Shown here in pieces: positions 8,171 through 17,583 of a stretch of DNA of 24,000 nucleotides (position 1 is its first letter; each line of letters begins with the position of its first letter). The notes beneath the pieces were generated by a model, which was not told the DNA's origin, searched no databases, and worked only from the letters and a program-made list of their open reading frames with translations. The translations under genes and the position numbers were made by a program. Source of the DNA: Lachnospiraceae bacterium XBB1006 (GTDB lineage: Bacteria > Bacillota > Clostridia > Lachnospirales > Lachnospiraceae); contig FOXT01000006.1 of assembly GCA_900115795.1 (NCBI GenBank), positions 179,423-203,422 on the forward strand. The letters are read 5' to 3'.

Positions 8171-10546
8171 TTACTGAAATGATTGTTCGGTTCGTTCAAT
8201 AATCTCATCCTGCAACGCTTTACTTAAATTGCGGAAGTGATCGGAATAACCGGCAACGCGCACAATCAAATCCTTATATTCCTCAGGATGCTTCTGTGCA
8301 TCAAGCAGGGTTTGACGATCAATCACGTTAAACTGAATATGATGACCATCCATGTTAAAGTACGTGCGAATTAAGTTTGCCATTTGGTTTAGCCCTTCTT
8401 CACCGGCAACAACACTTGGTGTGAATTTCTGGTTCAGCAGGGTACCACCGGTTTGCAGATGATCCATTTTGGAACAGGACTTAATAACGGAAGTCGGACC
8501 GTTTACATCGGCACCTTTTTCCGGAGAAATGCCTTCTGAAACCGGTTTATGTGCAAGACGCCCATTGGGACTTGCCATCATGACATCGCCAAAATACACA
8601 TGGCAGGTGGTTGGTAACATGTTAATGCGGTAGGTACCGCCAAGCATATTGGGACGTCCGGATACCTGACTCTTATAGTAAGCAAAAATATCGCGCATAA
8701 TGGAATCGGCATAGTCGTCGTCGTTTCCATATTTCGGTGTTTTGTTGCGTACCAGATTCAGAATACGGTCGTGGCCCTCAAAGTTGTCCTTCAAAGCCTG
8801 CATCAATTCTTCCATGGTAAAGTTTTTCTTATCGTAAACATTGTATTTTACAGCAGCGATGCAATCGGTAATGGTGCCAATACCGACACCTTGCAAATAT
8901 TTGGTGTTGTAGCGGGCACCACCACCATTATAGTCTTTTCCGCGACTTATGCAGTCGTTGGTAATGGTTGATAAAAATGGTACCGGCATTTGCTCCGCAT
9001 ATATTTTCTCGATTACGTTACTTCCTTTTAATTTAATGTTGATAAAATAAGTGACCTGTTTCTTGTAAGCATCCATCAATTCATCGAAGGTCTTAAAATC
9101 TGTCGCATGTCCTAACGATAGACCCAATTGTCGCTTGGCAACAGGGTCATATCCATTGTTTAATGTTAATTCAAAAATTTTGGGCAAATTAAAATAACCG
9201 GTTAAAATGTATGCTTCGTTTCCAAAGGCACCGGTTTCTACACAACCGCTGGTGCCGCCTAAGCGGGCATCATCCAAGGTCTTGCCGGCATTCATCAATT
9301 CTTGAATAATGGCCTCTGTATTATAAAAGGCGGGCTGCCCCCAGCCTTTTCTAGAGATTTCACAGGCACGTTTTAAAAACTTCTGCGGTGTTTTGCGACT
9401 AATCTGCACATTGGAACTTGGCTGCAGTAGTTTCATCTCATCCATGCAATCAAGAATTAAGTAGCTGACAGCATTCACACCGTCTTCGCCCTGTGGGGTA
9501 ATACCTCCGGTATTTAAGTTAGCAAAATCCGTGTAGGTACTACTTTCTTTTAAGGTGATGCCTACCTTTGGTGGGGCAGGCTGGTTGTTGAATTTCACCC
9601 ATAAGCACTCCAAAAGTTCCAAAGCCTTATCATCGTTCAAGATACCTTCCTCGGTATCTTTTATATAAAATGGATTTAAATGTTGGTCTAAACGTCCTGG
9701 ACTATAGGCATCCCAAGGATTTAATTCGCTGGTAACCCCAAGGTGTACGAACCAGTACATCTGGATTGCCTGCCAATATGTTTCCGGTTTATGAGCCGGA
9801 ACAACCTCGCAGTTTGCAGCGATTTGCAAAAGCTCAGCTTTACGGACTTCGTCATTTTCTTTAGCAGCCAATTCTCTTGCGTAAGAAGCATAACGCTGAC
9901 CAAGAATGATGATGGCCTCGCAGGCAAGCTTCATGCCATTTAATTCGTTCTTCTTATCAAGCGCCTCCGGGTCGTTTAGAAAATCCAGGTTGGTAATGGC
10001 TTCTTCAATCTCATCAATGCGATCCGCAAACCCTTTTTCATAAATTTTGCCGGAGCCAACGGTATGGCCCGGACCACGCTGTTCCATAAATTCCGTAAAA
10101 ATGCCGCATTCATAAGCAGCTTTCCATTCCGGTGTCATCTGACGAAGAATCTGGTTACGGATACTGCGTTTGTCCCAATAGGGAATCATCATGGTTTCCT
10201 GTGTCCGATAATCTTCCTCTTTTACCTTAAAACTAATAAGTTCCCGGTCGTTCATAACATGCATGTCTTCAATGCTGTGACAACAAAGCTCCGGAAAGGT
10301 TGGTGCTGCCTGGGGAGAGTCTCCCTTTTCGCCGACAATGAGCTCACCTTCCCCGATGTAAAGCGTTTTGGTGGAAAAATAGTCTTTTAATACCTGACCA
10401 CGTAACTCCGGAATCGACAGATATCCTTCGTATTGCTGATAGGTTTTGGTTTCGCTGATGGCGCGCTCTAAGTCAATGTGTGGTTGTGTATCCACGCTTA
10501 GGCGGCGAAGCGACTGAATTCGTTTATTCATTCCACGTTCTTCCAT
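8171..10546 (-). CDS. hypD: glycyl radical enzyme, probable trans-4-hydroxy-L-proline dehydratase
   Basis: 791 aa. The C-terminal glycyl-radical motif is LIVRVAGYSDHF. The thiyl loop GGTSGCVETG (Cys about 435, Glu about 437) belongs to the dehydratase/eliminase GRE class. A GRE activase lies directly upstream and proC lies nearby on the same strand. From memory, His161, Asp279, Ser335 and Phe341 and blocks such as ECLWVKFNNQPAPPKVGITLKESSTYTDFAN match HypD. The GRE call is about 0.95 confident; the HypD subtype needs an alignment. Confidence 0.7.
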   Translation of the reverse strand: MEERGMNKRIQSLRRLSVDTQPHIDLERAISETKTYQQYEGYLSIPELRGQVLKDYFSTKTLYIGEGELIVGEKGDSPQAAPTFPELCCHSIEDMHVMNDRELISFKVKEEDYRTQETMMIPYWDKRSIRNQILRQMTPEWKAAYECGIFTEFMEQRGPGHTVGSGKIYEKGFADRIDEIEEAITNLDFLNDPEALDKKNELNGMKLACEAIIILGQRYASYARELAAKENDEVRKAELLQIAANCEVVPAHKPETYWQAIQMYWFVHLGVTSELNPWDAYSPGRLDQHLNPFYIKDTEEGILNDDKALELLECLWVKFNNQPAPPKVGITLKESSTYTDFANLNTGGITPQGEDGVNAVSYLILDCMDEMKLLQPSSNVQISRKTPQKFLKRACEISRKGWGQPAFYNTEAIIQELMNAGKTLDDARLGGTSGCVETGAFGNEAYILTGYFNLPKIFELTLNNGYDPVAKRQLGLSLGHATDFKTFDELMDAYKKQVTYFINIKLKGSNVIEKIYAEQMPVPFLSTITNDCISRGKDYNGGGARYNTKYLQGVGIGTITDCIAAVKYNVYDKKNFTMEELMQALKDNFEGHDRILNLVRNKTPKYGNDDDYADSIMRDIFAYYKSQVSGRPNMLGGTYRINMLPTTCHVYFGDVMMASPNGRLAHKPVSEGISPEKGADVNGPTSVIKSCSKMDHLQTGGTLLNQKFTPSVVAGEEGLNQMANLIRTYFNMDGHHIQFNVIDRQTLLDAQKHPEEYKDLIVRVAGYSDHFRNLSKALQDEIIERTEQSFQ

Positions 10547-10563
10547 TTTGCTACCTCCTCTTA

Positions 10564-11472
10564 TTAACCTCCAATATATACCTTGTGATAACCGTTCTCT
10601 TTAAAAAGAGCAACGAACGTATCCATTTCTTCTGCTGTTGGTGCGTGCAAATTCTCACCGGGATACACAATTCCCATGCGAGCGTATTTGGCGCTGCCGG
10701 TTTTGTGGTAGGGCAGGAGATTGACCTGGGCTACCTGAATTTGCTTTTCCTTTAAAAAGCGAAGGATGTCAGCCATGGCTTCCCGATTGCCGTTTACTTC
10801 CCGAATGACCGGTATACGAATGTAAATGCGCGCACCGGCAGCACTTAACTTCTCAAGATTGGACAAAATCAGAGAAGGGTCGGTACCGATGTAAGCCTTA
10901 TGCAAAGCAACATCCGTTGTCTTAATATCATATAAAAAGGTATCGATATAGGGTAATAATCGTTCATAATTGCTATAGGGTGCCTGTCCGCAGGTGTCAA
11001 CAAAGATGGAAATTCCATAACGATATAATTTCTTACACAAAGCCTCTAAAAAGTCCATATCGGCAGTCATAACCTCGCCACCGGAGAGGGTAACACCGCC
11101 GCCGGATTGCTCGTAGAACATTTCATCTTTCTTAATCTGTGAAAAAAGTTCTTCTACTGTATAGGGGGTTCCTACCAGTTCGCGTAGATTATAATTGCAT
11201 GCATCAATGCAAGCACCGCAGTTCTTGCATAAGTCACGATTAAGATATGCCTTTTGTTGAACAAGTGTTATGGCCGATTCTTTGCATGCATAGATGCACT
11301 GCCCACAACCGACACAGTTGTCTTTGTGAAATAGAAGCTCCGGATGATAATGCTGTGTTTCCGGATTGTGACACCATTTACAGGAAAGGGGACACCCCTT
11401 AAAAAAAACGGTGGTGCGAATCCCGTCACCATCGTGAATAGAATATTTCTGTATACTGGTTATGATACTCAA
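10564..11472 (-). CDS. glycyl radical enzyme activating protein (radical SAM)
   Basis: The radical SAM cluster motif is CPLSCKWCHNPE. Two ferredoxin-type clusters follow: CVGCGQCIYAC and CKNCGACIDAC. The ORF extends to 11514, but GGGAGGGAG lies 6 nt before the TTG at 11472. That start gives about 302 aa beginning MSIITSIQKYSIHDG, the usual activase N-terminus. Confidence 0.9.
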   Translation of the reverse strand: MSIITSIQKYSIHDGDGIRTTVFFKGCPLSCKWCHNPETQHYHPELLFHKDNCVGCGQCIYACKESAITLVQQKAYLNRDLCKNCGACIDACNYNLRELVGTPYTVEELFSQIKKDEMFYEQSGGGVTLSGGEVMTADMDFLEALCKKLYRYGISIFVDTCGQAPYSNYERLLPYIDTFLYDIKTTDVALHKAYIGTDPSLILSNLEKLSAAGARIYIRIPVIREVNGNREAMADILRFLKEKQIQVAQVNLLPYHKTGSAKYARMGIVYPGENLHAPTAEEMDTFVALFKENGYHKVYIGG

Positions 11473-11551
11473 TGAATACTCCCTCCCAAATACATAGTCG
11501 TTCATGTGTGGCATGGTAGATGGGGTTTATGTTGGTAGCCACACATGAAAC

Positions 11552-11578
11552 TTATAGACTAAAGTCTAGACTATAGTA
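11552..11578. promoter_or_regulatory. overlapping perfect palindromes, candidate TetR operator
   Basis: TAGACT-AA-AGTCTA (11555-11568) overlaps AGTCTAGACT (11563-11572). Both lie just downstream of the -10 box of the activase-GRE-TetR promoter. Confidence 0.45.
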
Positions 11579-11580
11579 CA

Positions 11581-11609
11581 AATATAGCATGGTTTCCAAA
11601 ATCTGTCAA
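11581..11609 (-). promoter_or_regulatory. sigma-A promoter of the activase-GRE-TetR operon
   Basis: On the minus strand, TTGACA (11609-11604) is followed by a 17-nt spacer and TATATT (11586-11581). Confidence 0.65.
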
Positions 11610-11654
11610 TGATTAAAAACAAATAATCGTCACAAAATGCGCGGGTTTCCGCTA

Positions 11655-11684
11655 TTGACGGAAGAATGTCACTCATGGTAAAAT
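11655..11684 (+). promoter_or_regulatory. sigma-A promoter of the membrane protein gene
   Basis: TTGACG (11655-11660) is followed by an 18-nt spacer and the extended -10 TGgTAAAAT (11676-11684). The RBS AAGGAG and the ATG at 11724 follow. Confidence 0.6.
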
Positions 11685-11723
11685 TGTTTTGAAATAAAAA
11701 CAATTTAAAAAGGAGAAAAGAGT

Positions 11724-12761
11724 ATGTTTTTTCAAGTGTATGGTGATGGCGCCGGATGGCAACTGATTGGATGGCTCCTTGTGTTTGCCGGTTTGGTCAT
11801 CGTAAATGAAATTGAACGTCGCAGCAAGGCCGGAGGAATCTTTTTCTTCGTCATTGTACCACTTGCGTTGACTGCGTATTTCATTGCAATTTATGTGTGT
11901 GCTGCAAGCGGAGCGTCTTGGGCATTGAATAATCCAACCTATGTTCACATGAGCAGTTGGTTCCATTATGCAAAATTGTATGCAGCAACAGCCGGATGTA
12001 TTGGCTTTATGATGCTGAAGTACAAGTGGGGCATTGGAAAGAAAGAATGGTTCAAACCGTTCCCGTTTATTATCGTTGCGATTAACATTTTAATTGCAGT
12101 AGGTAGTGATTTTGAGTCCGGAATCCGTGGTGCAATGGCACTTGCTGACACCGGTAGCCGTTGGTGGTTATCTTCCGAAAACGTATGGTTATACGGTGGA
12201 TGGTGGAACTGGGCGAATGGTATTGCCGGAATCCTTAACATTTTCTGTATGACAGGATGGTGGGGAATCTACAGTTCTAAGAAGAAGGACGATATGTTGT
12301 GGCCGGATATGACCTGGTGCTTCATTATTGCATATGATTTGTGGAACTTTGAGTATACATACAACAATCTCACTACCCATGCGTGGTACTGCGGCCTGGC
12401 ACTTTTACTTGCACCAACCTTTGCCAATGCTTTATGGAACAAAGGCGGTTGGATCCAGAATCGTGCCAACACCTTAGCAACCTGGTGTATGTTTGCACAG
12501 GTATTTCCAATGTTCCAGGATTACAGCCGGTTTACAACCATTCCGGTATTATACGCAGATGGATTTATGGATCCGACAAAGCATCCAACGGCTGCAAATC
12601 CAACCATGCAGGGTGTGGTAGCAGTCATTGCTTTAGCAGCAAATGTTTTGTGCCTTGCTGTTATTATCAAGCGTTCTATGGAACAGAAGAAGAATCCGTA
12701 CCGCAACGAAATCTTTACTGATCAGAAGGATTTCCAGATTGCAATGGAACGTGCAGAATAA
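11724..12761 (+). CDS. polytopic Trp-rich integral membrane protein, unknown function
   Basis: 345 aa with about 8-9 hydrophobic segments. It is unusually rich in Trp (GGWWNWANG, TGWWGIY, WPDMTWCF). A good RBS is present. I recognise no transporter family signature. Confidence 0.8.
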   Translation: MFFQVYGDGAGWQLIGWLLVFAGLVIVNEIERRSKAGGIFFFVIVPLALTAYFIAIYVCAASGASWALNNPTYVHMSSWFHYAKLYAATAGCIGFMMLKYKWGIGKKEWFKPFPFIIVAINILIAVGSDFESGIRGAMALADTGSRWWLSSENVWLYGGWWNWANGIAGILNIFCMTGWWGIYSSKKKDDMLWPDMTWCFIIAYDLWNFEYTYNNLTTHAWYCGLALLLAPTFANALWNKGGWIQNRANTLATWCMFAQVFPMFQDYSRFTTIPVLYADGFMDPTKHPTAANPTMQGVVAVIALAANVLCLAVIIKRSMEQKKNPYRNEIFTDQKDFQIAMERAE

Positions 12762-12860
12762 GCAAAAGCGCAGAGGATCAGTTGCTTTTAGCTTCCGGAA
12801 TCTCCGGGGAAGAGTTGGCGATGGCAAAAGAGGTAATCAAAGAATCACAGGGAATGAGAT

Positions 12861-12909
12861 AAAAAGTGAGAGGCTAATGGTTGAAAGAACAACGGTTAGC
12901 CTCTTTTTT
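12861..12909. terminator. bidirectional rho-independent terminator between convergent genes
   Basis: GAGGCTAA (12870-12877) pairs with TTAGCCTC (12896-12903). Six T residues follow and AAAAA precedes. Confidence 0.7.
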
Positions 12910-12911
12910 AA

Positions 12912-14033
12912 TTAATGATTGTCAGTAAAAGCAGCTATCCGTACATCGCTTCGCCCATTGTTATAGAAAACTCCGGTAAGGTAATCATCATCCGTACAAT
13001 TGGAAATGGCTGATAAACGACCGTGGGAAAGGTTGCCATTTGCTGTGTAATACTGATAGGTAAGGGTTGCCTGCTCCGCATGGGAAGATAAGTCCATCTT
13101 CGCCTTCGGGTAATATATCAATACCATGTCGGAGCTTGTGGAAAGTTGGTATCCTTGCGCAATTTGTTTGGCTTTTATGAAACCGTTTCCGTTATACGCT
13201 TCCGGATTATCTACGGAGGCCGGCGTTAAACTGACAGGGGCACCGTCAAAGGTGCAAAGAATAATTCCATCCTGTTCGGTCCGGTGAATGACGGTGTATT
13301 GGCTGTCACGCTGGGCACTGTAAAGAAAATCCGATGTGTGCAGACCAAGAACGTTATGCCATGCCCCGGGTTTTCCCGGAATATAGCGATATTTTACGGC
13401 AGCCATATCCTCGGCAGAGCGATAGTTTACCACGTTAATATTCGTAACATGCAAAGCCTGATAAAGGGTATTTACTTGCGAGGAGAGGAAAGCCAAATTC
13501 TTATTTACCAGTGAAACAACGGCGGAAGAGTGGCCGTTTTTTGATGGATACAGAACGTCCTGTAAGTTGCTTCCATCAAAATAGTCATAAACAAGCCCGT
13601 TGTGTTCCGACATCCCCGGATGTAATCCATAGCCAAGGAGTACTTCGGAAGGCAGTAAGCCGGTAACGTTCTGAAAATGATCGGTAAAAGCTGCTACAAT
13701 TTCATCGTGTTGGTAGTCGTCGTAGCCTTTGGTCGTCCTCTTTTTACCGGAAATGGCTACGGTGAAGGTCTTGTGGTGGTAGCTCATGGTGACATATAGT
13801 TCGCCTGTTGGCATAGGGGTAAAATCGGGAACTGGACCGGAACCCGGATAGATGTGTTCGCATTCCTTAACATCGGCATCAAAGCCGTATTTTTCCTTGA
13901 TATACTCTTTTGCATTTTTCGACCCCTGCTTAATATAGTGATTTATTAACGCTTTTTCTTCCTTACTGTAGCCGCAGGCTGACAGTAGAATACATAGAAG
14001 TCCGATGCAGAGTAAAAAATGATTTTTTTTCAT
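12912..14033 (-). CDS. lipoprotein, unknown function
   Basis: 373 aa. The signal peptide carries a lipobox (CILLSAC-GY). The RBS is GGGAG. I recognise no catalytic motif. Confidence 0.8.
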   Translation of the reverse strand: MKKNHFLLCIGLLCILLSACGYSKEEKALINHYIKQGSKNAKEYIKEKYGFDADVKECEHIYPGSGPVPDFTPMPTGELYVTMSYHHKTFTVAISGKKRTTKGYDDYQHDEIVAAFTDHFQNVTGLLPSEVLLGYGLHPGMSEHNGLVYDYFDGSNLQDVLYPSKNGHSSAVVSLVNKNLAFLSSQVNTLYQALHVTNINVVNYRSAEDMAAVKYRYIPGKPGAWHNVLGLHTSDFLYSAQRDSQYTVIHRTEQDGIILCTFDGAPVSLTPASVDNPEAYNGNGFIKAKQIAQGYQLSTSSDMVLIYYPKAKMDLSSHAEQATLTYQYYTANGNLSHGRLSAISNCTDDDYLTGVFYNNGRSDVRIAAFTDNH

Positions 14034-14169
14034 ACGTAGAACACTCCCTAAACATTTCTCCTCTTTATTATAGTGTGTAAAAAATAAATGTGCAAGGGCG
14101 GAAACTTTTTATGAAAACAGAGCGTCAAATAAGGGTGTTGTGAAGATAAGAGGGAAGGAGTGTTGTTTG

Positions 14170-14838
14170 ATGAATAAGAAATGGATTAAGAATGGAATAT
14201 TAGGACTGGCGTTGGTGTCTGTTTGTGTTATGGTAGGATGCGGTTTTGCCGCGAAAGAGAAAGAGAAGAACAGTGATGCGGTGGTGGAAACGAAGCAGGT
14301 AAGTAAGAAATCGGAGACCAATAAGCCGACGGAGGAGTCGGAAGAACCGGAAGAAACGAGGCTTTTAAATGAGAATATTACTTGTATTGGGGATTCTGTT
14401 ATGCTTGGCGCGCAGGCGGAAATGGAGAACCGTATAGAAAATATTATGGTGGACGCCAGGGAATCAAGACAATTGGTACAGGCCAGAGATTTGGTGGATT
14501 CTTTGAAAAATGAGGACAAATTAGGCGGCCGTGTGGTAATAGGCCTGGGAACCAATGGAATTTTTTCTGAAGAAGAAGGACAAAAACTACTTGACGAAAT
14601 AGGAAGTGAGCGTAAAATATATTGGGTAACTGCATATGGCGCACACCTTACGAATCAGGAGGCAATCAACGAGGTAATACAGTCTTTGGCTGAGAAGAAT
14701 GAGAATGTAACGTTGATTCGCTGGGACGAACATGCCAATAGCCACAGTGAGTGGTTTTACAACGATGGGATTCATTTAAATGGCGAAGGTCGTGTTGCGT
14801 ATGCGGAATTGTTGCGTACGGAATTAGAGAAGGAGTAA
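14170..14838 (+). CDS. SGNH/GDSL-family hydrolase, probable lipoprotein
   Basis: Block I is ITCIGDSVMLGA and the C-terminal block V is NDGIHLN (DxxH). The N-terminal signal has lipobox VMVGC-G. GGAAGGAG lies 9 nt upstream of the ATG at 14170; the ORF opens at 14140. Confidence 0.8.
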   Translation: MNKKWIKNGILGLALVSVCVMVGCGFAAKEKEKNSDAVVETKQVSKKSETNKPTEESEEPEETRLLNENITCIGDSVMLGAQAEMENRIENIMVDARESRQLVQARDLVDSLKNEDKLGGRVVIGLGTNGIFSEEEGQKLLDEIGSERKIYWVTAYGAHLTNQEAINEVIQSLAEKNENVTLIRWDEHANSHSEWFYNDGIHLNGEGRVAYAELLRTELEKE

Positions 14839-14847
14839 GTAAATTCA

Positions 14848-15993
14848 ATGGATAGAGCGAAGCGAAGGAAAGTGACAAAGATATGTTTTTTATTGTACTT
14901 AGGTGTTGTGGGTAGCGTGGGCTATTTGCTATGGAACATTCACGATGCAGGGATGTTGCCACAACAGTACGAATTAGCTGCCTTATGCCTTATGATTAGT
15001 TTGTTGCTGTTTGAAGGGATGTTTTTTTTGAAATCCCGTATGCATCGGGAGAAAGGCAAGCGAATCGGCTCCGGTGTGATGGCGTTGCTGTTGGGAATTG
15101 CATTGTTTGGCGGTTCTGCCTACGCGTCTTTGATGTTAGATAAGACGCAGGATGTATTGCGGGCGTTTGCGGGCAAGGACAGTAAGGCGACGCAGGACTT
15201 TGATAAACCGTTTATTATGTATTTGAGCGGGTCGGATACAAGAAGTAAGACATTGCAGAAGAGTCGAAGTGATGTTAATATTTTGATGGTAATGAATCCT
15301 ACCACGAATAAGATTTTTCTGTTAAATACACCACGTGATTATTATATTCCCAACGCCGCCGGCGGCGGAGCGATGGATAAGCTTACCCATTGCGGTCTTT
15401 ATGGAATTGAGAATTCTATGAAGTCACTTGGGAATTTTTATGGGGTACCGGTGAAACATTATGGACAGATTAACTTTACCGGGTTTGAGCGCTTGATTGA
15501 TGCATTGGGAGGAATTACGGTGGATTCTCCGTCGGATTTTACAACGTATAAATCCAACATTCATTTTACCAAGGGAATAAACCAGTGTAATGGAAAACAG
15601 GCGCTGGCTTATGCCAGAGAGCGTCATGCGTTTGCAACGGGGGATAATGCTCGTGGTGAGCACCAGATGGAAGTAATTACGGCTATGGTGAAGAAAGCTT
15701 CGAATAATAAGCTGAGTGTGATTGCTAATTATGGAAGTCTTTTGAATAGTTTGGATGGAACATTTGTAACAGACTTTTCGGATGGGGACTTATCGGCATT
15801 AATTAAGACCTTTTTAAATGGAGCAGGAAAGTGGAAGATTGAGCGATATGCAGTCACCGGAACCGGAGGAAAGGCAACAAGCTTTTCAGCACCGAATTCC
15901 TACGCATATGTGACCTATCCGGATACAAATAGCGTAAACGAAGCGAAGGCGAAGCTTACAAAGCATATGACAGTAGAGGAGACGGAAGATTAA
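14848..15993 (+). CDS. LytR-CpsA-Psr (LCP) family cell-wall glycopolymer ligase
   Basis: 381 aa with an N-terminal membrane anchor. The LCP core blocks are SDVNILMVMNP...FLLNTPRDYY, INFTGFERLIDALGGITVD and GKQALAYARERH...GDNARGEHQ. Confidence 0.9.
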   Translation: MDRAKRRKVTKICFLLYLGVVGSVGYLLWNIHDAGMLPQQYELAALCLMISLLLFEGMFFLKSRMHREKGKRIGSGVMALLLGIALFGGSAYASLMLDKTQDVLRAFAGKDSKATQDFDKPFIMYLSGSDTRSKTLQKSRSDVNILMVMNPTTNKIFLLNTPRDYYIPNAAGGGAMDKLTHCGLYGIENSMKSLGNFYGVPVKHYGQINFTGFERLIDALGGITVDSPSDFTTYKSNIHFTKGINQCNGKQALAYARERHAFATGDNARGEHQMEVITAMVKKASNNKLSVIANYGSLLNSLDGTFVTDFSDGDLSALIKTFLNGAGKWKIERYAVTGTGGKATSFSAPNSYAYVTYPDTNSVNEAKAKLTKHMTVEETED

Positions 15994-16112
15994 CTCAGTC
16001 GGAGAAATCCCCCACCTCTAAGCGTTAGCGTTGGTGGGGGTTATGACAAACTATACTCAGTCGGGGTACAAGCTCCGACTGAGTCTTGACCAAAGGGGGT
16101 TGAAAAAAGAAT

Positions 16113-16523
16113 ATGAAAGTAAAATTAGACGATGTATTGGAAGCGTTGGAGTTGATAGATCAGTATTCTGAAAGCTTTTTAGATAAGCTGGTTGGACAAA
16201 TCGTACGAGTGAACGATATGGTGATGTCGCCGGAAGAACAGCGTGAGATTTTTGAGCGGTTGGATGAACATGGATTTTACCGGTTGCCGACTGCACGGGA
16301 AATCGGGGATTATAATATTATGGAAGCCTTTATTTCCGGATTGCCTGTGGAACAGCAGGCGACGCTTCGTGGCGTGATTCGTGGAAAAGGGGCATTTAGG
16401 AGATTTCGCATACAATTAGAGCAAATGGACATGGAGCAGGACTGGTACGAATTTCGCAATCAAGCGTATCGGGATATTGCAATGAAATGGTGTGAGCATA
16501 ACGGAATTGAATATACAGTATAG
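16113..16523 (+). CDS. small cytoplasmic protein of unknown function (possibly UPF0158-like)
   Basis: 136 aa, acidic, with no TM segment. A purine-rich RBS is present. The family guess rests only on size and the GAFRRFR...WYEF pattern. Confidence 0.6.
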   Translation: MKVKLDDVLEALELIDQYSESFLDKLVGQIVRVNDMVMSPEEQREIFERLDEHGFYRLPTAREIGDYNIMEAFISGLPVEQQATLRGVIRGKGAFRRFRIQLEQMDMEQDWYEFRNQAYRDIAMKWCEHNGIEYTV

Positions 16524-16629
16524 TAGCCGAAGGGCGTCTGCTTTTCGTGGATAAGGAAGTTGGTTGCATAGAATAGAAAAAAACGGACAGACTAATCGTA
16601 AGCGTATGGATTAGGAGGAGTATTTTTGT

Positions 16630-17346
16630 ATGAAGTCAACCTTTCGGCAGGAGATTATACCACTCATTGGCATCGTCCTGATTTCGGGATTGGCGATGGG
16701 AGGATTGCAGCTTTTAAAAGGCATTAGTCAGATGCCTCTACAGCCATCGGTATGGGTGGCAGGGGAGCGAAGTGATCCCACGCTTGGTCGTGGGATTGCG
16801 AGTATTGTATATGGTGTGCTATCGGTTTGTTTTCTTCGCATTGCGATGCGGAGAGAGAAACGATTATGGGAAGATGGAAATACCATATTTTTCTTTTCGG
16901 CAGCAGGAGGTATGTTGGCGTGGGTTGTGATTGGCGAACTATCCTGGCATTTTGGATTGCCGGTCACTACCAAAGAAGGAATGGTTATGACAACAAATTT
17001 CTCACGTATCGAAAGTATACAGGGGGTATGGATGTTTTTCCTGCTTTTGGGAATCGTTATTCACATGGTAAAACGCGGGATGATTGCGGTGACGCTGTAT
17101 GTGGGAACCTTTTTGGGAAACTGGTACGGACATCTTTGTATGATTGCGACCTACCCAATGGCAATGTGCCTGGGATGCAGGCTTTCTATGGCCAGTTGGT
17201 ATCGCGCAGTGGGATTAGGCAATGCCATTGTTTTTGGGGCAGTGGGGCTTTGGCTTTGGAGAAGAAAGACGAAGTACCTTGGTTCTGTGTGCATGTATGT
17301 TGCATTGGGAACGTTATTTTTTGGAACGATTATGGGAAAAGTATAA
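16630..17346 (+). CDS. integral membrane protein, unknown function
   Basis: 238 aa with about 6-7 hydrophobic helices. The strong RBS GGAGGAG lies 9 nt upstream. The overlapping ORF 16827..17411 in another frame has the Cys/Arg/Trp-rich look of an off-frame artefact. Confidence 0.75.
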   Translation: MKSTFRQEIIPLIGIVLISGLAMGGLQLLKGISQMPLQPSVWVAGERSDPTLGRGIASIVYGVLSVCFLRIAMRREKRLWEDGNTIFFFSAAGGMLAWVVIGELSWHFGLPVTTKEGMVMTTNFSRIESIQGVWMFFLLLGIVIHMVKRGMIAVTLYVGTFLGNWYGHLCMIATYPMAMCLGCRLSMASWYRAVGLGNAIVFGAVGLWLWRRKTKYLGSVCMYVALGTLFFGTIMGKV

Positions 17347-17583
17347 ATGATTTTACGACCCGTCATATCCTTTTTGCGGTTTTTGCAAGGGATGTAGCGG
17401 GTCGTAAGTAGTTTATGACTATTTATTTATGCTTCTTTTTTAGAAAGTGACAAAGTTGTAAAGTTAAACCTGCGAAAATGTCTATTGTTTTTGCTTTTCG
17501 GTATCTTTAGTATTAATGTTAGGTATTCTACACGGTGAGCGTGTGTTCCAACAAATAATACATATAGGAAAAGGAGATTAAGT

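Noticed and set aside
17353-17407. The hairpin TTACGACCCG...CGGGTCGTAA after the 16630 gene as a further copy of the hairpin unit.
   Set aside because: It shares only the CCCG/CGGG core in a different register. The loop and flanks are unrelated. It is more simply a terminator-like stem for the upstream gene.
16827-17411. A 194-aa + strand ORF overlapping the membrane protein gene in another frame.
   Set aside because: It shows Cys/Arg/Trp/Gly-rich off-frame composition and has no RBS. The 16630-17346 frame gives coherent TM helices and has a GGAGGAG RBS.
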